A DNA stretch of 64,000 bases from Eledone cirrhosa (taxonomy: Eukaryota): positions 54,746,001 to 54,810,000 of the forward strand of contig OZ024743.1 of assembly GCA_964016885.1 (NCBI GenBank), in the 5' to 3' direction. A program made the translations under genes and the position numbers. Within the stretch, counting starts at the first letter, position 1. Every line of letters begins with the position of its first letter. Below the pieces are notes generated by a model that ran no database searches, was not told where the DNA came from, and was given only the letters and a program-made list of their open reading frames with translations. Shown one piece after another: positions 55,728-64,000 of the stretch.

Positions 55728-56949
55728 TTCCTTTTTATCTGATCTCACTAAGAAAATATTATTTAACTCTACGCTGTCTACACTTACCCACGCCAAGTAA
55801 CAACACTATTCCACTCTGTCGATAGCTTTGTATATTTCTACGATGCTGTCACTCATCAGAGATATGTAGTGATTAATTTATTGATTCCATGAAATTAATA
55901 TATATTTTATAATTATACAAAATTTTATAAAATTCTCATCCTGAAAGTTTCAATAATGCTTCTCTTTTGAGGCTTGTGTCTTAGATGACAGCCTAGTTTT
56001 CCTTAATGGCAGTGCTGGTCCTGATTATAACACTCACTGCCGTCACTATAGTGTAACAATTTGTTTTAACATGTGTTTACATATGGATTAACCTTTGAAA
56101 ATCTTGTTTGCCATTCTTCAATTCAGTGTTGTTATCGTCAGTATTTGAATTATTAATGTCATTTGAATAAATGTTCTTGATACATAAGAAATAGATTTGT
56201 ATTTTCTTTACTTTCCTTCAAAGTAAGAAATTAAGCACTGCTACTGCGGTAATTATCTTAGGCAGTACTGCAGTAGCCACGCCACGTTGGAAAGTATTTC
56301 TGCCGTCAAGACAGGAAAATTATAAATAAATTTCTTCTTAAAATGGGAAAGACGTTTTATCATTTCCATAGAAAACAATATACATATAGTAATAATTATT
56401 TCTACTTTTGGCATATGGCCAGCAATTTGAAGGGGAAAGTCGATTAAATCTAGCTCAGCCTGTTAATGGAGCTTTATTTTATCAGCCCCGTAAGGATGAA
56501 AGGCAAAGCTAATCTCGACATTCACAAAAATATGAACACAAAACTGACCAGACCTTAGAAACATAGAAGTGCACCATATAAATTCCCATAAAACTACCGA
56601 CGAAATAATTGTTTCTACATTTGGCACAATGCCAACAATTTTTGAGCCCGGGGGGGGGGGGGGTCGATTATATTGATCCCAGTGCGCCACTGGTATTATA
56701 TTTTACTGACCTCACAAGGATGAAAGGCGAGATTTGAAATCAGTACGTAAAGAGCCGTAACTATATGCCGCAAATCATGTTGTCCAACGCAATACCGAAA
56801 ATACCAATCCACATAATATTAATAAACATTTTTTTTGTCTTTATTGGACACAAGGGCCGAAACAAAGGACAATACAAAAGAGCCGGGATAGTGTGGGTTT
56901 CTATAAAAGCCTTTATAAAAGGAAAAACAGTAACAACAATGAATAAATA

Positions 56950-57900
56950 GCAACAGGATCATCATCCAGGGTTTGATTAAGAACCCCAGTTGCTCCATTC
57001 CAGTCCTACCTGAACAGGGGCAAGACATGAGAACGAGGCGGTAACAAATAACGGAGGTGGTACAGTAATTCACCACCTCTAACCTACCTTTCAAGGGTAG
57101 CCTTTCTCCATCCAATTCCAAGTGAAACTGTCTATTATGTTTGTTCCCTCATCTCATTTCTTTTCCACGTCACGATGTGGATCAAACCTGACAAGAAGCA
57201 ACTGAACCCGACAGTCCGTCCTTCCACCGACGCTATTGGACGGTATTGCTCTGCTCCTTCAGGCGCTGAGCTGCAGAGACACTGACTTTTCCTGGTTAAT
57301 TCTGCCTGTCACTGCTTCGTACTCCCTTAAAGCAGTGCCGATCACTACTAGGTTTACGACATCCCCGTTAGCCAACACAAATCGTGGGCATCCTAGTTCA
57401 TGCGGGTTTCCCCTCAATGTCTCTCGTTTCTCCAGTAGTAGGTCTAAAGCCAGCTCATATAAAAAAAGACGAGAGGGAAAAGCTGTGAAAGACTGTTCAC
57501 CAAGCAGATGTCATTATTCAGGGCAGTCATCCATCTCCTAAAGATAGGACCGCAACCGGCTGTTTTGAGTACAGTCGCTTAATATTGATATTCGAACTTA
57601 TCAAAAGATTTCGATTCATCTAAGTTGACCAGTATACAACTTCTACCAGGTTCCTTACTCTCCTCTCTATTATGTTTGAATGAAGCCATTCTTGTTCAGA
57701 GAACCGGATATTCCCCCGTTCAGCTGCCTGATTTACTAGACATCTGCCAATAGCTGAACAAATATGGAAGACAATCTACGCCTGGCAATTTGCCATTCCA
57801 TATTTCAGTGGCTGCTATTGGCTTTTAGCAACATCTTGCCATCGGTTTGCCACGCCGTACCTCTCCCACTCGGGCTTCTTGTTCCTTGGTGCCTTACCTT
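56950..57900 (-). pseudogene. Decayed L1/Tx1-like LINE RT fragment
   Basis: LFLYELALDLLL.. and RLPLKGRLEVVN..SVICYRL patterns. Confidence 0.6.
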
Positions 57901-58220
57901 TGATAACGTATCATTTGTGATAAATTCATACATATATATGTGCATTTGTTGTAGCTTAATTGCTATATATTAATGTTTTATCTCTCGTCTCTTACTCCAC
58001 TGGACAGTGTTTGGCTGGCGTCAGACGCTGTGACCCCGGATGGGCTAGCAGTACCGTTGGTAGGCATCGAAACTGCCAAAGCCCACCTCAACGGTCGATG
58101 ACCCTGGAGTTCTTTGTCCTTCATTTGTATTTTTACTTCTAAAAAATAATTTTTTAAGGTTATACCGTAAAAGATTGTTTTTCGTTCGTTGTCTTGTTCT
58201 CTCTTTTGTTCTCTCTTTGT

Positions 58221-58264
<44 letters not shown>

Positions 58265-58272
58265 ATAGATAA

Positions 58273-58362
<90 letters not shown>

Positions 58363-59103
58363 AGCGAGAGAGACAAAACACGTATTATTCCTACTTTGCT
58401 TATAATGGACGTCGAATGCTTTGTGCGTGTAAAGAGTCCCATAGGGCATCAGTCGATATTTGTGACATGACAACAATAAACATCACCCAGTCCTTCAACG
58501 CTATTCATAAAAATCAACAAGGACTAGATGTTATTTTAATGGCTTCATCTTTATTTTTCTTACATGAGTGGGAATTTGAAGTGTGTTTTTATCTTTCTTA
58601 ATGGACAATCGAATCGAGCGTTCGATTCTTGGTTTTTAGTTTTAATAGACCACCACTCGTCCCCACCAATACACTTAATTTTCTTTCTCTCGAAAAAGAA
58701 GACCCTCTAACAACCCCTCACCTTACCCAAACTCATTGTCAATAAAAATCAGTATCTTTCTATCTATCAGTCTATTTATTTATCTATCTCTAGCTCCTTA
58801 AACTTCAATTTACTATTAATACCATTAAGACCCAATAAAAACCCACACCCACACACACACTTACGCCGCAAATATACATATATCTATACAGTATATATAT
58901 TTGTGTAGACATACATACTTTATTAATCTTCACCATTTAACACTGAGCTCCTTCCAAAGTCCATTACATATTCCTCAGCATTTAACTGTTCTAGATCTTA
59001 ATAGTCTCTGTTCTGGGTGAAGGGGGTTATATTGATTTGCTCTTTAGAATTAATTTTTGGGATAATTTCACACACACAGACAGACAGATAGACAGATATG
59101 CAA

Positions 59104-59235
59104 CATACCAACCGCGGCGCCAAGCGGTTTCGACTTGTGTGTTCAGCAAGCCTATATCTCTATACCCACTTATCATCTCCCCATGCATTGAGTACTCCCA
59201 TTGTTAGTGGTCTCCCCGGTCTCAGCAACGCACAC
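59104..59235. mobile_element. Family-C-related inverted island with HHR 3' half
   Basis: Minus strand: GGCTTG..CAAGTC GAAA CCGC-TTGGCGCC-GCGG TT; plus-strand tail TACCCACT..ATTGAGTAC. Confidence 0.6.
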
Positions 59236-59236
59236 T

Positions 59237-59267
<31 letters not shown>

Positions 59268-59686
59268 CAAACATATGCATAAATATGACGCAATCATTAA
59301 CCGCCGGTGTCGAACCTACTGTATGGCATCTTGGACAAGTGCTATTTACCACAGGCTCAAGTCGACCCGTGCCTAGTGAGTAAAATATATATATATACAT
59401 ATATATAATTATTTCTAGTATAGACCAAAGCCAGTATTTTGAGGGGGAGGGGAAAGTCGATTAAATCGACTCCAGTGCGTGACTGGTACTTTATTTTATG
59501 GACCCCGTAAGGATGAAAGGTAAAGTTAATCTCGGCCGCATTTGAACTCAGACCGTGAAGGGGCGTAACTCTATGATGTAAAGCATGGCGTCCGATCATT
59601 TACCGATACTGTCAATCCACCGCTCTTAATAATGTCTGCGTGTGTGTGTATCAGCCTATGTACATCTATTTATCTGTGTGTGTGTA

Positions 59687-59723
<37 letters not shown>

Positions 59724-61358
59724 GTGTGTGTGTGTGTGAATAATCGTGTCTAAGTAATTATATGCTAGCCTCTGTGTAGATATGTCTGAACATTTGTGTG
59801 TGTGTGTATGCATTTGTATGTCTCGCTCGCTCTCTCATTATATATATATGAAAAGAAAGAGAAAGAGAAAGAGATACATATACACATAGATAAATAGACG
59901 CACAAGCTGACGTACATATATATACACATTCCTACTTATACACATATATATGTATATGTACACGTAGACACAAACAAACAAATAAATGAATAGTTACAGA
60001 CAGATAGGTATAAATAATGACATAATTATACACATACGTTCATATATACATACAGAAATACATATGCACACAGAAATAAATACTCACAATGGCTTACACA
60101 CACATAGACAGGTATACACAGAAATACACACAAATACACATACACATCCTTATATATTCCTCTCTCGCTGCATCAGTCCGCCATTTTTGTCCCTCTTCAC
60201 CAATCGGAAGTGAAGATCTAATGAAAGAGTTTACTATTCAACACGTGGCTGACAGCAGTGTAATCAATCGTAGGTTCGCTCCAGACCATCTTATTTTCTA
60301 CTTGTGAACAACCTGCAGCTCATCTATCTTATTTTTTTTAGATATATACCAACCAATATACCCCAATTTTGTTATTCCCCGTTCTCTTCCCATCACCTGA
60401 AAAACACAAATCTCATAAGTGTGGAGGTTTTTACTGGCAGTAACTACTGGAAAATTATCGATTCTAGAGATTTGGTCTGAGTTTTATACTGTATGATCAG
60501 ATGGTGATTTGTTGGAGGGGAGAAACAGCAACAACAATTAACTACAACAATAACAACAGCAACAGCAACAATAACAGCAATAGCAACCCAAACGACAATA
60601 ATAACAACTACAACAAAAATAACAGCAGAAGTAACAACAATAACAGCAATAACAGCAATTGCAACAACAACAACATCAATGAAAGAGGGAGAGAGAAAGT
60701 GAGAAAGAGATGGAGAAAGAGGGAGAGATGGGGAGAAGGAGAAAGAAAAAGGAAGAGAGAGAGGAGCGAGGAGGAGAAAAGGGGAGAGCGTTGAGGATAT
60801 AGAGGGGAATATGGGGAAGGGAGAGGGGAGTGGAAGACAGAAAGGAGGAGGAAAGAGAGAAAGAGGAGAAAGAGGAAGAGACAGGGGAAAGAGAGAGAGA
60901 GAGAGCGCGAAGGATGGGAGAAAGATCGAGGGGGAGAAAGGGGAGAAGGGGGAAGGGGGAAGGGGAGAGAGTGCGAAGGAAAAGAGGGAAGGGGAGAGAG
61001 GGTGGAAAGGAGACAGAGAGGGAGAGAGAGTGTGAGAAGACTGAGGAGAAGATGAGAAAAAGAGCGAGGGAGAGTGAATCAAAGTACAAGAAATTGAGAG
61101 AAATATATTCATGAAAAGAGAGAATAAGTAAAGTATGTGTTTCATGATTACTGATGAGCAGTGAAGCCGAAACACAGCCGCCTGGCCCTACCTCTTTACA
61201 ATATTTAACTCTAATATCCCAAGTATCATGTACTCTTACTAGTTTAAACTGGTAAAATCTTGATTCTTGATCTCTCTTTCTTTGTGTGTATAAAAATACA
61301 TATGTGTATGTGCCGTACTAAGAGTGAGAAATGAAATTTCGTTTTCATTTTATTACAA

Positions 61359-61434
<76 letters not shown>

Positions 61435-61987
61435 GCGATACATTAACGGAGACATAGGCCTTCGCCGTTCCCTGTAAATAATGTGCTCAAAGGAGGGGAA
61501 ATCCTGGGCACTTTAGAATACAATATGTTGAAAAGGTAACACATTAGAGAGAGGTATACAGTGCGCCATCAATAAAACAGGGAAAAACCACCAGTGTATG
61601 GAATCTATAACCTATGGAAGGCAGAATATAGACACGATAATTAAAAATATAAATTAAAGCGTAAATAAATACTTCTATAACTATATAACACACGTACAAA
61701 TCCGAAGTGATCTGTTTCGCCATTAAGTTGTTGTATATATATATATAAAGAATAAATAATAACAGGTAGACATCATAAGCACACGGAATAAATTACCTTT
61801 TTATGATGTCTACCTGTTATTATTCATTCTTTATCTACACTCCGGAATACAGAAGGATCAGGAACTGAGTTTCTTCAACTATTCTTCCATAACTCGTTGA
61901 GTAACCCCTCAGTGTACGTCAACTCTATCCAGTGTAGTAATTAACCATTACTGCATTCGGGATAATCCTAAGCATTTCTTGCATAAC

Positions 61988-62028
<41 letters not shown>

Positions 62029-62177
62029 ATTTATATTTGTTGAATTACCAACAAATTAAATATCCCATTTGCTTATATATAATATATATATAGTGTAATA
62101 AATGAACAGAGAACAAAAAACAGAGGCAGTACAAATGATATTGTTTTTAGTTTCACGCTTGAGAGTGGAGGGTGGGG

Positions 62178-62211
62178 GACGACGTTTTGGGCATAAGCCC
62201 TTCACCAGGAG
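62178..62211 (-). ncRNA. Degenerate minimal PLE-type HHR
   Basis: CTGGTGA A GGGC-TTAT-GCCC AAAA CG TC; two core changes from CTGATGA A GGGC..GCCC GAAA CG TC. Confidence 0.6.
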
Positions 62212-62916
62212 AACGGTGGGTAGGAGGAGAGCTCCGAGGGTGTGTGGGGGAGTGGTGCACAGACATTTTTTTAAAAAAAGGGGTGAGAGAAAAGGGAAGG
62301 AAAACAATTTTTTTAGAGAGTAAAGAAATGTTTTTAAAGTACAAATAAAAATAAAAATAAAAATAAAAATAAAAATAAAAATAAAAATAAAAATAAAAAT
62401 AAAAAATATTTATACATATATATTCTACTTCACCCACTTATTTCTGAGAGGAATGGTTTTGGTTTTGCCTGTAAATCTTGTCCAGCGATTTTTCTGAGAC
62501 ATTCTAACCACATGCCTATAGTATCGGAGCTGTGATCTCTCAATTCAGAAAAGTAGCGGCTCTACCTGGAGTGATTCTCATATCTCAGAGCTACACACTC
62601 TATGGAGTAATGTTACTCTAAAGGCTCCTAGGAGGAACCCCAATTTGGCCGTTTGCATTCTAGATCGTATTCTTTCGGTCATTACCCAAGTCTCAGGACC
62701 AGTCGTGGACTGGGTAAAAAATTATTGGTTGCCAGGAGATGAAGGGGGCCTACCTACATCTAGAATGCTCTCAATTTAATTTTTATAATGAATACATAAC
62801 ATTTTCAAAAAATACATAAGTGCAAACAAAAGAGTGCAATCATATTTTTGCAGAAAAATATCCTACATTCTCCAATAAAAAATATTATGTATTTTGCGAA
62901 ATCCAGAGACTTTTAA

Positions 62917-63108
62917 TAATTATTTCTACTTTTGGCACAAGGCCAGCAATTATCCCAGTGCAGTACTGGTACTTTATTTCATCGACCCCGTAAGGATGAA
63001 AGGCAAAGTTAACCTCGGCGGGATTTGAACTCAGACCATAAAGGGCGTTAACTCTTTGCTGCAAAGCATGGCGTCCGACCCTCTACTGATACTGCCAATC
63101 AACCGCCA
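62917..63108 (-). mobile_element. Full-length family-2 SINE with ~16-bp TSD
   Basis: AGAGACTTTTAATAAT at 62905-62920 and 63112-63127. Confidence 0.93.
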
Positions 63109-63794
63109 TTGAGAGACTTTTAATAATGACCAGAGGTTGACCCTAAATATTACTAATAACTCTAGGAAAACCATGAACGATACAACACCTTTTTAACTTA
63201 TCTTGAAAGTAGGTTTATAATTATCAATTTTCATCATACCTTTGTAACTGTCTCAGTGGCCTAGTTGGAGGAATCATAGACAGTGGTGGTCTTGGTCTAA
63301 AGTTCGATCCTAGTCCGGAGTAAGCTCCTCGGTAAACAGTTTCAGTTCTTTTTCTATTGGTTGTAAAATAAAAACTGAAAAAGTAACTCTTGACCAGGAT
63401 TGAACCGAAGGGCAAGATCTCCACCGTCTCTAGTACCTACCCCACAGAGACAACTACGGAATTTTATGAAAATTCATACTTATAAACCTACTTTCAAAAT
63501 GTTGTGGTGTCGCTCATGTCTTTCTTAATGTTATTGCTTCTACTTAAGGTCGACTTCTAAATCATTTGGGTGTTCCATAATCTACATTCTCGTTTTGTTT
63601 CATATCTATCTATACTACAATTTAACCTGTAATCCATGTTTCATTTCTGTTCCACCTCACTCCCCCCGCCCCCTTCTCTCTATGATATTTGAATCTACTA
63701 TGATTTGGGCTTACTTTATTCATATATATTTTTTTTTTCATGTCAGATTCAAACTTACAACGATTGGCAATATATATATATATATATATACATA

Positions 63795-64000
63795 TATTTC
63801 GTTTCTGAATTTGTTTAGCAAGATTCTTTATCTGAAAACGTGTGTTGAAACCGATATTGTTATACTTTGGCAGGGTCAGGTTGCCAATAAAAAACACACG
63901 CACCAGTTGCTTTCAATCCAATTTATTATAAATTAAATTATAAATTTAAAAAATTTATATATTTCCGGTTGGTATAACTAAATATAAAAGAAAAACGAAC
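63795..64000 (-). mobile_element. PLE-like 3' tail running off the window edge
   Basis: Shares blocks with 18005-18090 (downstream of the 18128 HHR) and with 5785-5852. Confidence 0.6.

Noticed and set aside
61151-61180. CTGATGA GC..GCC GAAA hammerhead-like core
   Set aside because: No stem III/NUH or stem I pairing

Overview
AT-rich, microsatellite-saturated eukaryotic DNA with no confidently supported host gene. The repeat landscape resembles an octopus/cephalopod genome (inference), and nearly all listed ORFs are microsatellite artefacts. Recognisable mobile elements are two tRNA-derived SINE families, RTE and other LINE fragments, Penelope-like (PLE) RT fragments, an internally deleted mariner with ~105-bp TIRs, a decayed Tc1/mariner and a non-autonomous Helitron. 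The main observation is that the short unique islands between (TA)n runs carry type I hammerhead ribozyme (HHR) motifs from about ten or more unrelated sequence families. They show palindromic stem III loops, C3-G8/U3-A8 covariation and recurrent pyrimidine-pyrimidine 10.1/11.1 variants. They occur as ~175-320-nt tandem monomers or as fold-back inversions that turn inside ribozyme stem II. This looks like a diverse population of (TA)n-associated PLE/retrozyme-like ribozyme retroelements. All folds were read by eye and need computational and biochemical confirmation.
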